A stretch of DNA of 64,000 bases from the NCBI GenBank assembly GCA_000002445.1, contig CP000067.1:992001-1056000 (forward strand), written 5' to 3'. The notes beneath the pieces are model-generated. The model was not told where the DNA came from and did not search any database. It saw only the letters and a program-made list of their open reading frames with translations. Origin of the DNA: Trypanosoma brucei. Taxonomy: Eukaryota. Of the stretch, positions 1-11,799 are shown piece after piece. A program made the position numbers and the translations under genes. Within the stretch, counting starts at the first letter, position 1; the number at the start of each line of letters is the position of its first letter.

Positions 1-1045
1 TCTTTTTTTTGTAAATTCTCTTTTTATTGTTTCTTTTCCCCTCTTCTTGTTGTTCGTCTTGTTCTTTTACGGGTATATCTGCTTCTCCACACCTTCTCTA
101 TCCTCCCTTTATTTTCAGTACTAGTCGGCGTTTGCTACTTGGAGAATACGAAAATGTCTAAATGAATTTGAAGGATCCACTCACAAGAAGGAAACATGAA
201 AGGGTAAAATAACAATAACGATGCACGTAAAGAAAGATATAAATTAAAAGTAAATAAGCTACGTCACATTGCAAAAAAAAAAACTCCACGAGGGTGCCTT
301 TTTTTTTTTTAATTTTCCCCCTTTCCTTCTGCCTCGTCATCACTATTAACTGTCGTTGAAGGATCCGGCCTCTTTTACCTTATCTTGTTACTTTTATCTT
401 ACCAACGCCTTTTCACACACCACCATCACAACATCGAAGTAAAACCCTCCCCCTTCAAATAGAAAAAAAAGGAAAGAACATGCTTTCATCCATTCTATGA
501 AAATACTAAGCTGCAAAAAAAAAAATGTGTGTGCAACACGATAAAGTAGTGATAAATTCAGTTTTCACCCACTTTGTAAATGGACACAGCCAATCATGCA
601 CAGTGTTGCAAAAGCTGTTGCGAAATCAAAGGGCCCTTCTTGGGTTCCCAAAAAGTAAAACCAACTCAGGCGCTTATTTGCGTTCACCAGTAATTGAAAA
701 GTCAAATAAACCCCAGTACCTTCATTGATGTGCGCTATATAAAAATGTTGCATTTTATAATCCCCCCCCGATGCAACGCACGCCAGAAATACCCCCCCTT
801 TTCCCTCCACCGAAGCGGCGAATGGTTGCACACTTCTTAATGCACACAATAAGTGATCTTCTTTACATGCATTGCAAATGGAAACTTCAGGTTGAAAATT
901 TGAAGAAAACATCAACTGTTGTCCAAAAGTTTATTATGGCACACAGAACGAGACGTGAGCCTGCTCACTTTCTTCAAACCCTAGGTTTCCTCACACTTGC
1001 GGTATTTTCGATTCTGCGGGCAAGCGAACGGTTTTCAAACATTGA

Positions 1046-1082
1046 CACGCACACCCACACCCACACCCACACACACACACGT
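1046..1082. repeat. Microsatellite (CA)n/(CACCCA)n
   Basis: acacgcacacccacacccacacccacacacacacac. Confidence 0.9.
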
Positions 1083-1460
1083 GCGCGCGAATATAGAGGG
1101 AGAGAAGGAAAGCAGAAACGGGAAGTGTTGCATTTCCATATCGTTAGATGACGAATAATGGCCAGTATGAAAAGGATGTGAAACATCGTTTGTAACATCT
1201 GTGTAAGCTGCCCTCGATATCACCTCAACGCGTTCAAAAATGACAAAGCGTTTCATGCATGTGCCACCCGGTCGTAAGCACCACGGAATCGGATTACAAT
1301 TGTACAGTTAAGTGCATTGGAGCACCGACAACACAAGCGGTGAAAAGTTTGTCTATGCATTCATTCAGTAATTATAGGCAAAGTTGTTGAGGGATACACA
1401 TTTGAAGTCTACAGCTACGGCACAAGTCAATAAATGAAGACATTACTAGTTGCATGGGCG

Positions 1461-2429
1461 TCATGACAGAAGAAATAGTATTTGCGTCTGACACATGTGC
1501 TGTTGTTTTTCCCGCACCACTGAAACCTTCGGATCGGACGATAACATCATAAGTTGTCTCTTGAGCATAGCCAAAAGGATTTGCCGTCGACAATGCATGC
1601 CCCATGGTGTGAAGTGGAGGGACCTGTGGGTGCGCTGTGATTCATGCGCAAATCCAATAACCTCCTCTGCGGTATACGCCCCAGCGCGTGCAAACGATAA
1701 AAAGATTGGGGCCCTGTTGCTTTTTTCAACACGTATCCATGGTTGTTGCAGCTCCACACCGGCCAATGTGCACTGAAGCCCCAACTCACGAAGAACAACC
1801 ACAAGAACTGCATTCATCACTATGGCTGAGGCTTTCTTGCTGCAAACTAATGACTCGGCTGAGCACTCTTCAACAACCAACTCGCTGACTGAATACCCTC
1901 GCTCCTGTAAAACGCTGACGGCAGAACGGAGGAAAGACATGTATGATCTCCTTCGATGCACCTTAGAGACAAAGTCACTGCTTTCAAGAATCCCCCTGAT
2001 GTCCGACACGATACTTTGCAAACCACATAACGTGTTATTTACTAAAGTTGTCATATCACCATCACCTTTCGCTTCTGGGACTCCTGCGAGCCGCAGGGCC
2101 GCGCTCACTATGGCGATTCCTTCAAGTAGCTCACATTCGCCCTTTCGTGTGTACGCATCCCATAGGGCAAGCACCTCTAAATCAAGAACAGAATCAGTGA
2201 CGTCCTTGACAAAGTGAAAGCCATTCGTTACATTGCATGCCTTTAACGGTGTTTCCTCAAATACTTTACGTGCAATGGAACTGAGCCCGTCACCTTCTCC
2301 AACAACGTAGGCTGTAGGAAGGTACTCAGCATAGCGGTCCAAGGCTATGCGACCTGCACCCATCCGCGTAATCATCACAACTTTCTTGAGGACATGTCTA
2401 TACAGTGTTGGTATCACCCGTTTCTCCAT
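1461..2429 (-). CDS. Hypothetical protein, 322 aa, complete ORF; I recognise no domain
   Basis: Long uninterrupted minus-strand ORF in the same orientation as every confident gene in the window. Codon usage is GC3-rich like the neighbouring genes. Confidence 0.4.
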   Translation of the reverse strand: MEKRVIPTLYRHVLKKVVMITRMGAGRIALDRYAEYLPTAYVVGEGDGLSSIARKVFEETPLKACNVTNGFHFVKDVTDSVLDLEVLALWDAYTRKGECELLEGIAIVSAALRLAGVPEAKGDGDMTTLVNNTLCGLQSIVSDIRGILESSDFVSKVHRRRSYMSFLRSAVSVLQERGYSVSELVVEECSAESLVCSKKASAIVMNAVLVVVLRELGLQCTLAGVELQQPWIRVEKSNRAPIFLSFARAGAYTAEEVIGFAHESQRTHRSLHFTPWGMHCRRQILLAMLKRQLMMLSSDPKVSVVREKQQHMCQTQILFLLS

Positions 2430-2540
2430 CGGGCTTCATTCTTTTTTTTTTTGATGTTGATTTTGTTTGATATACAAGAAATCATCGAGGCCCCCACAAA
2501 GCGTGAAGGAGGTGAGAACCAACCGATGAAGAGAGAGAGA

Positions 2541-2553
2541 GGGGGGGGGGGGG
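2541..2553. repeat. Homopolymer G13 run
   Basis: gagagagagaggggggggggggg in an intergenic region. The run may be a real tract or a homopolymer-length assembly uncertainty. Confidence 0.8.
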
Positions 2554-2755
2554 AAATCAACAAAGAAAGAAGAAAAAAAAAATGCTAACATCCAATCGGA
2601 AACATTGAACAATGTCATTTTGTCCTTTAACACAGAAATCAGTAAAATAGCATGTATATTTCTAACACTTACGGCAAGTAAATGGGAAAGATTTTATCAA
2701 ATCCGTAACGACAACTTACAGAATCCTTACAATCACTTAATTATCCATAACATGG

Positions 2756-5700
2756 TTACAACGGCCCTGTGCCAAGACGGGGGAGAATCGCCATCGACAT
2801 CAGCTCTTGAAAGAGCAACTTGCAAGCATATGGCATAAGAACCTGGGAAATATGTGAGTCGTTGTCACAACCTTGACACTTGTACAGATTCTGGTCCGTG
2901 TCCGCTGCGCAAATAGTCCCACACATATTGCATACGTGCACGGAGTAATAATCACTTACGCGGAACAACCGCTCTCGAAGCCACTGCGAAGCGCCGTACG
3001 AAAGCATGCAATCACGTTCCATCTCACCGAATCGAAGCCCGCCCTCGTGTGCTCGTCCTTCGGTCGGCTGCCGCACCAGCGGCTGAAGAGGTCCACGGGG
3101 CCGTGCGTGAATTTTGTCGCTCGATAAGTGCTTCAACCGCTGGTAATATGTGGGACCGAAGAAGATGAGATGATCAAGTGGTAAGCCGGTATGGCCATTG
3201 TATAAACGCTCATTGCCGTATCGGTTGAGTTTAAGCTGCGTCAGCGCCTTTCCGAAATCTTCAACGACAACGGAACAAAAAGGCGTGGCGTACACTTCAC
3301 CGCCTTTATAGCAAGCCACTTTTCCAGCCAGTGTCTCGATCAAGTGCGCTACTGTCATACGAGAAGGGATAGCGTGTGGGTTAATGATCAAGTCCGGTGA
3401 TATACCATCGTGGTTGAAGGGCATATCTTCTTGGCGGAACTGGATACCGTTAGTTCCTTTTTGTCCGTGGCGGCTACAGAATTTGTCTCCAATGTTTGGT
3501 ATTTTGATGGTACGGATCCTCACTTTAGTAAAACGATTCCCCTTGTTTTCCGTTAACATCACTCTATCGACAACACCCTTTTCGGCTGCTCTCGAACTAA
3601 TGCTGCAATCGCGCTTGAGAATTCGAGTGTCGCTTACAGGAGATTCTTCGGACAGGGTTTTGGGCACAGGAATCGTTTTACCCACGATGATATCTCCACC
3701 AATAACGGGCATGCCAGGTTTAATGAGGCCATCAGTGTCGAGTTTAGTGTAATCCGCACGCTTTACATGGCACACCTTTCTGTCTGGGATCTCAAACATC
3801 TCCCGACCCTCCCGTTTCTTCTCCTCTGAAGCCTTGTATGACCGCCAAAATACGCTCCGGAAAAAACCACGTTCCACAGCGGAGCGACTCATAATGATGG
3901 AGTCCTCCTGGTTATAACCTGAGTAACACGCGATAGCGACTATTGCGTTGTGTCCTGCTGGAAGATCGTTGCTTCGCATGTATGACATTGCTTTTGTGCG
4001 CACAAGCGGCTTCTGTGGGTAGAAGAGAACGTGGGCCGTTGTATCCATGCGCATGTTAAAGTTGGATGCATATATTCCCATAGCCTGTTTACCCATAGCA
4101 GACTGGTACGTGTTTCGTGGAGACTGGTTGTGGTTCGGGTAAGGAATAATGGAGGCACAGATACCGAGGATCATTGACGGGTCCATTTCACAGTGCGAGT
4201 AGAAATAGTTCTTTCCCACCTCGCTCGGGACCATGGCGATGAGGAGGGAGTCCTCCTCTTCACAGTCAATGAGCTCGACGTAACCTTTCTTCATTACCTT
4301 ATTCCACGAAATTTCGCGCCTACCACCCAATGTTGTGGAGGGCTCAAGAAGCTCGCCAATTCCCGCCTTCTGTAACTTGATCCGTGATTTCTCAACCACG
4401 AACAATGGCCGCAAACACCTTCCACCATCTGAGAAGACGCGGATCTCGCGGTCCCGAATATCACGTACAATACTTACTTCATTACTAAGCTCCCCGCCGC
4501 GGCGCCGTGCACGCAAGTCTCGGAGCAGGCGCTCGGGATCCCCGTGCACGCCGATGAGTGTCCCATTCACAAACACGCGCGCCACACGGACGTCTGCCAG
4601 GTCCGAGAGGGCGATCGAATGGAACCCTGTGATGCGCGACTGGACGGCCTGAACTACACCGGTGTGATCACTTCCCCGAGACACGAGGCACATGAGCGCC
4701 AGGTTTTTCAGCAGACCAATGGAACCACCCTCCGGTGTTTCCACCGGGCATATGTAGCCCCACTGTGTGCAGTGAAGATTTCGGGGCCGTGTGGCTTTAC
4801 TGGACGCAGAGATGGGATTTTGAATACGACGGAGGTTACTAAGAGATGACGAGTAAGTCAATCGGTTAAGCGTCTGCGACACACCAGTTTTAATGTTACC
4901 GGACTTCAAGTCACCGAAGTTACCGGTAGCCAAGCAGCGCCTCATACCGTCTGTGATGAGTCGATTATGCAAAATACGGCCGAAGCTCACAACACCACCG
5001 CGGTTGGTGGAGTAGTCATGCACCGTTTGTGCCATCTCCCTCCTCACCTGAACGAGGAATTGATTTAGCTGAAAGGTTAGAAGAGACCCCGCAACATCGA
5101 TACGCTTGTGACCCAAAAAGTCACGGTCGGTATCCTCACGACGACCGAGCGCCAACAGCAGCAGCCGGTGCACCATGTAGCCGATGAAGAGGCACTTGCC
5201 TCTATCAGCAGCGCAGTCCACCCCCATATGGGGAAGTAAATCCCGCATGAGAAGGTCCTGGGCTTCACGTTGCAGGTTTTCACGGCTGTCCTGCTTCCCG
5301 AGGCGCTTGCCAATGAACCACAAGGCCTCATCACGTGTAAATATTTCCAACGTACTTGCATCTTCCATGGAGCCGCGAAGCATTTCGAGCATGGCGACAT
5401 CTTTTAAATCCGGGACAACTGTCTGCAGGATCTCCTTATCAGATCCCATGTCTAGCGCTCGGAACAAAACAAAAAGCGGAATCAGTTCATCCATTTGTGC
5501 TACGCGACATAATAGATTCTCGTACCCATGACCGGGACCACTCTTTTTGTACGGCATTAATATTTGAAGGGTTCTTGGCTTGTTAAGAGAACCTTCAACA
5601 ATGGATTTGATTTCACATAATAGACCCTTGGGGCGCGTAAACGCGTACACATGGTTGGCTGCTTGACGTTCCTGCGCGATGAGCACCTTTTCCGTTCCAT

Positions 5701-6328
5701 TAACAATAAAGTAACCACCCTGGTCATGTGGACACTCGTTGAGCCTTGGTAATTCTTCCTCATCCTTGTTCAGAAGATTGCACCGCATGGACTTCAGCAT
5801 AATCGGAATGCGACCGAGTTCCATATTCTGAAGAAATGTGCGATACGGCTGCTCCTCACGCGATCGGTACACGCGAATGGCGAGTGTTACTTGCGCAACA
5901 GCGTCATACGTCAAGTCCCGCAGTCGACACTCATTAGGGAAAAGGGGATGCATTTCCGTGCGGCTGAAGCCCGACATTTCGTGGGAGGGGTTTCCCACTA
6001 CGACGTCCTCCAGGCTCAGGCGGTATTGATCTGGCTCACTCTCCACGTGAACGCCCGGGTCGAACTGATCATCCTGCCTGGGTACAATTTCAAGAAGGCT
6101 CCGCGCCATGCGGGGAATACGAAGAAGGAAGTCATTATATGAATCTACCTGCTGGTGCACGAGACCCTTCTCCCTGAAAAACGATGAGATAATCTCCCAT
6201 ATGTCTTCACTGTCAATATCGGCTGTGTTCACGTTCTCCATGCCCGCCACACGATGTATGTCATCAACATCATCATCTGTGATTTCCTCCACCTCGTTGA
6301 GCTGTAGAAGTAGTTCGTCGTCCATCAT
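2756..6328 (-). CDS. RPB2: DNA-directed RNA polymerase II second-largest subunit (RPB2), 1190 aa
   Basis: 1190-aa ORF. Conserved RPB2/beta-subunit blocks are present (…GEMERDC…, …NPHAIPSRMT…). The C-terminus carries the Cys4 zinc ribbon CNMCGTICAAD…KCQGCDN. Confidence 0.93.
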   Translation of the reverse strand: MMDDELLLQLNEVEEITDDDVDDIHRVAGMENVNTADIDSEDIWEIISSFFREKGLVHQQVDSYNDFLLRIPRMARSLLEIVPRQDDQFDPGVHVESEPDQYRLSLEDVVVGNPSHEMSGFSRTEMHPLFPNECRLRDLTYDAVAQVTLAIRVYRSREEQPYRTFLQNMELGRIPIMLKSMRCNLLNKDEEELPRLNECPHDQGGYFIVNGTEKVLIAQERQAANHVYAFTRPKGLLCEIKSIVEGSLNKPRTLQILMPYKKSGPGHGYENLLCRVAQMDELIPLFVLFRALDMGSDKEILQTVVPDLKDVAMLEMLRGSMEDASTLEIFTRDEALWFIGKRLGKQDSRENLQREAQDLLMRDLLPHMGVDCAADRGKCLFIGYMVHRLLLLALGRREDTDRDFLGHKRIDVAGSLLTFQLNQFLVQVRREMAQTVHDYSTNRGGVVSFGRILHNRLITDGMRRCLATGNFGDLKSGNIKTGVSQTLNRLTYSSSLSNLRRIQNPISASSKATRPRNLHCTQWGYICPVETPEGGSIGLLKNLALMCLVSRGSDHTGVVQAVQSRITGFHSIALSDLADVRVARVFVNGTLIGVHGDPERLLRDLRARRRGGELSNEVSIVRDIRDREIRVFSDGGRCLRPLFVVEKSRIKLQKAGIGELLEPSTTLGGRREISWNKVMKKGYVELIDCEEEDSLLIAMVPSEVGKNYFYSHCEMDPSMILGICASIIPYPNHNQSPRNTYQSAMGKQAMGIYASNFNMRMDTTAHVLFYPQKPLVRTKAMSYMRSNDLPAGHNAIVAIACYSGYNQEDSIIMSRSAVERGFFRSVFWRSYKASEEKKREGREMFEIPDRKVCHVKRADYTKLDTDGLIKPGMPVIGGDIIVGKTIPVPKTLSEESPVSDTRILKRDCSISSRAAEKGVVDRVMLTENKGNRFTKVRIRTIKIPNIGDKFCSRHGQKGTNGIQFRQEDMPFNHDGISPDLIINPHAIPSRMTVAHLIETLAGKVACYKGGEVYATPFCSVVVEDFGKALTQLKLNRYGNERLYNGHTGLPLDHLIFFGPTYYQRLKHLSSDKIHARPRGPLQPLVRQPTEGRAHEGGLRFGEMERDCMLSYGASQWLRERLFRVSDYYSVHVCNMCGTICAADTDQNLYKCQGCDNDSHISQVLMPYACKLLFQELMSMAILPRLGTGPL

Positions 6329-7118
6329 GTACCCCTTTATTTTCCTATTTCTCTGTTCCCTTCCTTTACAGTCCTGTGCTTAAGGCTTTGGAAGATCTAT
6401 TTCCTTCACTTTTTTTTTTGGTTCTTCAACCACCCTACACCCTCAAGGAACGTACAGAAGTCGCAAACGTGCAAAAGATCAAGGGGCATCTTCAATTAAA
6501 AGCAACCTCCAGTTGACATGCGCACTGGTAGGGAATCGTTTGCGCATTTTCACAGCAGGTGGCAAACAACAACCACCAAATGGACTCCAAGAATAGAGAA
6601 TGATGCAAAACATGGTGGATACAGATAATGAAGAGATGCTGAATCCACCACCCGAACACGCGACACCGCACGTCACACTTAAGCAGAGTTTCAGGTATGT
6701 TGCAGGAGACACTTTTCCCCCTCTCAACATCATCGACAAAAGGCATTCATCATTCCTTTCATCCCGGCCTCTTCCACAACACCCTTCATGGGCCTCTCAT
6801 CTTTTTTCCCATTTATTCCTACCAACTCACCCTCAAGCGACTTGGTGTTCTGCGTTTCCCCCCCCCCCCACCGTAAGATAATGTGTGAATCCCAAGTGGT
6901 GGTATTACCTCTTTCATAACCTTGCCAGTGTTGCGCATCCACTGCTGGGAAAGAACGAAGAAAGAACACTGTGGGTTGCATCGCTATTCCCCCATATGTA
7001 CTTCGCGGGAGTGACGCCATCGAGTAGAGGTTTCAAGAAAGAAAAGATAAATTGTTCGAGCCACATCCGCGTCAAAAGCGTGACAGAAGGCTCCTTGACA
7101 CGGAACAGAAAAGTTTCC

Positions 7119-7142
7119 CTCTCTTTCTCTCTCTCTCTCTCT
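7119..7142. repeat. Microsatellite (CT)n
   Basis: ctctctttctctctctctctctc. Confidence 0.9.
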
Positions 7143-7702
7143 TCACCTCCCTTTCCTGTTCTCACCTCCGCAGCCCGTTCCCGCAATGTGAGTCGAAACA
7201 TGGCCCGCAGGAAAATGGGCTGAGGTCCATTTTGGCAACCATCTGTGGTCAGTAACAACAACAATAACGAAAAAGAAAAAAAAAAGCAGATCAGAGTACA
7301 CAATGCCCTACAGTCGTCTCATGAGGACGGCATACCCTGTTCAGGATGAGTGCCACGCCAGCGGCTGTTGAAGTACTCAAATAACAAACATCACATAACT
7401 TCCATCTCCCCCAAAGGTAACAACCCACAACCTACAACTGTCGCTCATATAACACACCGTTTCGTCAAGAAACTTTTGGTTTTTTTTCCGCTTTGTTGAC
7501 TTAGCAGAAGTCCCTTGACACCGACTCAGGGAGCTGATAAATGCGTTTGCATGTAGGCATGCGCCCACGTTCAGAATATACAAGGACCGATTTTACTCCC
7601 TTATGTTAACGCCATCAGGAAGTATTCAGAAAGAAACAACCCATCAGGGGTCTGTCTTTCTTCATCCTTTTTTTTATTATTTTACACTCCACGCCACACC
7701 AC

Positions 7703-9100
7703 TCAATACCCTTCATCATCGGGCGCATCTCCATTTAGTTGCATTAGCTCCGCTCCCCAACTTCTCCCCACGATAAAAACGAACACCAGGGCAACCAGCG
7801 CGGCGCCCCCAAGCAATACTTGCAGTAAGACGGCGGCGCCCACAAAGGAGCTGACGGCGTAGTTGGAGAAGTAATAAGCCAGTCCAGACAGCTCCACACT
7901 CGTATGGAGGTGCAAGCGCCTCAGACGCACTTTGGGTTGAAGGCCCTCTTCACTTTGGTATAAAGTAAAATTTATTGCGCGAAGGTGTGGCTGCAGGTAC
8001 AACGGTGGTTCAAAATCACTGTATACCGGGGTCACAACGGCAACTTCAGTCTCCGGATCAAACATAGGAAAGACATCAGGATTCAGCAGAGGTGCTAACT
8101 TTTGGTAACACCAGATAGGAACACAAAGAAACTTAGAAACTGACCACATGAATAGCTCCACTGGCCAACTGCGGGGCTTTTCACCTGTTATCAACGTGAA
8201 TGACGAGTCCATCTTGAAGAGAACATCCAAAGCGCCAAGGGACTGTGATATATAAGGGTCCTTTGCCATCAGCATTGATGATTCAAGAAACATAGACACC
8301 TCCCGTCCAATATCCTCCTTTGCGAATACCAGCTGCATTTTTGCCGCGTACACGCCACGGGCATTAAACATGGGTTTGCGCTGTTTAAAGAGCCCCTCTA
8401 CAGAAACACCACCATGTGGAAGGAACACTTGCCTATATACACGGGACGGAATAACTAGCGTACTGGTTGCGACTGTATTACGAACTAGTTTTGTTATCAA
8501 TGACATTTTCAACCCAGCGGCTTCGTTTTGAAGCACCGACACGAGATTTGCATTTACCCCTCCACCCAAACCGACCAATGACGCGGTGCTATTTTCGTCA
8601 CCTCTATGTAGCAAAGGCGATTCCCTTGTGGGCTCGAGCTGGGAAACCATATTGTTGAGTTTGTGGAGTCTCCATTGCTCCGTTTCAAGGGGCATTGTGT
8701 TGAAGCTCAGTGTAAAGAGCTCAGTGCCAGGTGCTAGCAACAGAACATACCACCGGATGAACAGCGAGCCGAGAACTGACGCCACCAGGCACACTAACAA
8801 TACAATGAGCAGAATGAGGAGCGCAGCTCCCACCGCTGTTAGTATCATAAAGGCTCTCTTAAGTGTGCGAAGCGAAATATCAAAACCTGTCTGAAGTGCA
8901 CCATCCAACTTTTCCGTATACGGCTGTAGTCGCTCTGTAAGTTGTGCTCTGCATCTTAAGGCCCGTTGACGTAAATCATTCATTAGAGGGGAGGGGGGTC
9001 CTTGGCTCACCAAAAGATAAGGTGAAAAAGTGAGAACGGGGCATTTGATCATATATATATATATGTATATATGCACGCACGCTGCAATTGTGCGAAGCAC
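7703..9100 (-). CDS. Hypothetical membrane protein, about 425-465 aa, with hydrophobic helices near both the N- and C-termini
   Basis: Long minus-strand ORF. Predicted TM segments are ILTAVGAALLILLIVLLVCLVASVLG near the N-terminus and AAVLLQVLLGGAALVALVFVFIV near the C-terminus. The first Met at 9100 reads through an (AT)n microsatellite (IYIYIY), so the true start is more likely the Met near 8983 (MNDLRQ…). Confidence 0.5.
   Translation of the reverse strand: MLRTIAACVHIYIYIYMIKCPVLTFSPYLLVSQGPPSPLMNDLRQRALRCRAQLTERLQPYTEKLDGALQTGFDISLRTLKRAFMILTAVGAALLILLIVLLVCLVASVLGSLFIRWYVLLLAPGTELFTLSFNTMPLETEQWRLHKLNNMVSQLEPTRESPLLHRGDENSTASLVGLGGGVNANLVSVLQNEAAGLKMSLITKLVRNTVATSTLVIPSRVYRQVFLPHGGVSVEGLFKQRKPMFNARGVYAAKMQLVFAKEDIGREVSMFLESSMLMAKDPYISQSLGALDVLFKMDSSFTLITGEKPRSWPVELFMWSVSKFLCVPIWCYQKLAPLLNPDVFPMFDPETEVAVVTPVYSDFEPPLYLQPHLRAINFTLYQSEEGLQPKVRLRRLHLHTSVELSGLAYYFSNYAVSSFVGAAVLLQVLLGGAALVALVFVFIVGRSWGAELMQLNGDAPDDEGY
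9050..9072. repeat. Microsatellite (AT)n
   Basis: atatatatatatatgtatatatg. It overlaps the 5' end of the 7703..9100 ORF. Confidence 0.9.
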
Positions 9101-9141
9101 GCATGACAGCTAAAGCATTTAAATGGGTGACACGGATGATT

Positions 9142-9618
9142 TTACGCCGGTTGCGAATAGAGCAGACATATCCTTGCCGTGTCATCCTTCTGCACATGCG
9201 GGTGCGCCACGCACATATGACAATAAACCCGTAGCGTGTCTGGAGAGACACTCGTGAGGCAGTTCTTCCAGTGGGTGATGGAAATCTCTTTGGCGGCAAT
9301 ACACGAGAGCATCCCATGAAGGAAACGCCTGAGCGCAGCGGTGTTTGCACATTCCTCCCCGTTATTTCTTCCGCGAAGATATGTCAGGCCCTCCCGGTAA
9401 ATTTCGTGCTCCTCCTCCAGAAGGGCATTTGCAAGGTCGAAGTCGCTGCGTATGGCTGCTGCTTTGTTATTACCTACTGCTAATGCCCCGTCGCGCTGCA
9501 GGGTTTGAGTGAGTTTCGCTAGTCTGGTCAGAAGTGGACGCCAACGTGAAGGAATTACATCGAAATACTGATGTTGGACGCGTTGTTCTAAATAAGCGCG
9601 GACTGTACGCGGTTCCAT
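9142..9618 (-). CDS. Hypothetical protein, 158 aa
   Basis: Minus-strand ORF in the polycistron orientation with no recognised domain. It is short, so confidence is limited. Confidence 0.35.
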   Translation of the reverse strand: MEPRTVRAYLEQRVQHQYFDVIPSRWRPLLTRLAKLTQTLQRDGALAVGNNKAAAIRSDFDLANALLEEEHEIYREGLTYLRGRNNGEECANTAALRRFLHGMLSCIAAKEISITHWKNCLTSVSPDTLRVYCHMCVAHPHVQKDDTARICLLYSQPA

Positions 9619-10059
9619 GAAGAGCTTGGCATCTTATCGATGCAAATAGTTGCAACAGAAGGTTGTTACAGGTAGGTATTGCAAAAAGTAGAAAAAACCC
9701 CGAAGTAAAAACAAGAAAAAATTGGGGGACCAATTGCAAGGCAGGAACATGTGAAAGGAGTGAAGCAGCGATAATGTTAAATCAAGAAAGCGAATGGGAT
9801 GTTGTAAGTGCCAACGCTGGTTTATGTTACTTCGCTTCGTCCTTGCGCGGTACAATTAACAGGTTGATTATTCTTAAATATTTTATAAGTGACCACGACG
9901 CGTGTGTTTGTGTTTGCAATGCGTGACAGAGTGGGTTATCACGAAGTCGTTCAAATACCAGGCAACGCACACTATGCCCCCTGACTCAAGACATATCGCT
10001 GGGCTTCCACGAACAGGCAAGTAAAAAAGGTTGTATGTGTCCGCATCTCCGTGTTGCGT

Positions 10060-11799
10060 TCATCCACTTTTCCCTTTACTCTTTGGAGACTTCTTCGTGG
10101 CCGGCGGGACACTGATACGATTGTTCTTGGTCTTTAGTTCCCCCTTTGCCTTGCTGTCATCCTCTCTTTGCCGTTTGTTAGTTCCCTTCATTGTTTTCAC
10201 ATTCTCACTTTTCGCGACGTTAGATTCCTCCTTCTTCAGCCCATTCGTGCTCGGACCGCCTGCGTTATTTGAAAGTTTCTTCAACTTGCACACAAAGAAA
10301 CCGTCCATATTGTGCACGTGAGGGAAGAGCCGCCGGGCGTTTTGCAGCTTGTCATGGAACCTGTGGTGGCGGTACTTCGTCAATCCCGGCCTTCCAAATG
10401 GCAGCCCCGTCTCCACAATGGCCACGTCACGCCGGTGGAGCACGAAGTCCACAACCGCTTCATTTTCCTCGACAAGGAAGGAGCAAGTCGAATACACAAT
10501 GTACCCACCAACCCGCACCGCGTCTATCGCTGAGAGGAGAAGTGACCGCTGCAACTGAGAGGCTCTCTGCACATCTTCGTATTGCTTGCTTGTTTTGATG
10601 CTTTTGTCCCGGGAAATAATTCCACTGCCTGTACACGGGGCATCCAATAAAATACGATCGAAGTTTTTCATGACCTTCTCAAACCCAACTCCGTCGTAGT
10701 TAGTCACCACGGTGTTTGTTACACCGAGCCGCTGAAGGTTTGCATTCAAGGATTTTGTACGGGGCTCACTGACATCGTTGGCAAAAATGACGCCGGTATT
10801 TTTCATCAACTGCGCAATATACGTCGTTTTTCCGCCAGGAGCCGCGGCCATATCAAGTACGCGCTCGTTAATTTGCGGTGCCAGCGCCATTACAGGTAGG
10901 AACGATACTGCAGACTGAAGCATGTAATGCCCGGCAAGGTATTCGACTGTGCCGGAGATGGGAACATTAGACTCAAACACCTGGAGCCCTACTTTGGACC
11001 ACTTTTCCAATGGCTCTACGTTCATTCCACGCTTCACAAGGGCCTGCACCAAGTCACGACGTTTGGCCTTGATTGTGTTGACCCGAATAGTTGTTGGTCG
11101 CGGCTTTTCCATTGCTTCAAAGAACTCAACAGCCTCTGTGGGCGAAAACAGGAGAAGAATTGAATCTGTAAGAAACTCATTATACCCGTAGAGTTCCATG
11201 ATGTCTGCACGAAGCAGCTGCATATAATCTTCCCGCGTTCGCCCCTCTTCTCGCTCTTCCTTAAAATGGGAAAGGACATGGACAGTTTCACCGATGCGAT
11301 CTCTTAGCTCCTCTACAGTGTGCTGCTGTCCCAGCAGTTGCACCTGCTCTCCATCCTCTTCTTGCTCCTCTGCATCACCGAAGAGTGTTGGTTTGGCTGT
11401 TCGGGACCTGATGTCTCCCTCCTGTTCCGCTGCAGCCTCTGAATGTAACTTGTCCATCTGCTGGCGGAATTTTATAGCTTTCGCCTCAAAGTCATCATCA
11501 TCTTCCACTTCTTCACCATCGGAAAAGTAATCACTTTCTTCTTCCTCGTAGGATCCGAATTCTTCATCGTTGTATTCGACTTCTTCATTTTCCTCGTATG
11601 GCGCATAGTTGCCACTGATACCGCCATTTCCAGACATCACGTCGGAGTTATCAGAGCCTAACTCTTCTAAGTGGTGTTGTTTCCGCTGTGCTTGTGACTT
11701 TTTCGGGCGGTTTTGGGTCGCGTTTCCGCTCCCTCGCTTTATTTTTGCCACAGGTACCTCCTTTTTGGAGTTCTTCACCTTTCGATCCGGCTTGGACAT
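10060..11799 (-). CDS. NOP2: NOL1/NOP2/Sun-family rRNA (cytosine-C5) methyltransferase, nucleolar protein NOP2-like, 579 aa
   Basis: SAM-binding motif I DMAAAPGGKTTYIAQLM. The NOP2/Sun catalytic region includes …LDAPCSGTG-like LLDAPCTGSGIISRD and a TCS motif (YSTCSF). The N- and C-terminal tails are acidic and lysine-rich, as is typical of nucleolar proteins. Confidence 0.85.
   Translation of the reverse strand: MSKPDRKVKNSKKEVPVAKIKRGSGNATQNRPKKSQAQRKQHHLEELGSDNSDVMSGNGGISGNYAPYEENEEVEYNDEEFGSYEEEESDYFSDGEEVEDDDDFEAKAIKFRQQMDKLHSEAAAEQEGDIRSRTAKPTLFGDAEEQEEDGEQVQLLGQQHTVEELRDRIGETVHVLSHFKEEREEGRTREDYMQLLRADIMELYGYNEFLTDSILLLFSPTEAVEFFEAMEKPRPTTIRVNTIKAKRRDLVQALVKRGMNVEPLEKWSKVGLQVFESNVPISGTVEYLAGHYMLQSAVSFLPVMALAPQINERVLDMAAAPGGKTTYIAQLMKNTGVIFANDVSEPRTKSLNANLQRLGVTNTVVTNYDGVGFEKVMKNFDRILLDAPCTGSGIISRDKSIKTSKQYEDVQRASQLQRSLLLSAIDAVRVGGYIVYSTCSFLVEENEAVVDFVLHRRDVAIVETGLPFGRPGLTKYRHHRFHDKLQNARRLFPHVHNMDGFFVCKLKKLSNNAGGPSTNGLKKEESNVAKSENVKTMKGTNKRQREDDSKAKGELKTKNNRISVPPATKKSPKSKGKSG

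Noticed and set aside
8983-9100. N-terminal extension of the 7703-9100 ORF encoding IYIYIY
   Set aside because: The extension reads through an (AT)n microsatellite. The biologically plausible start is the downstream Met near 8983 (MNDLRQRAL…).
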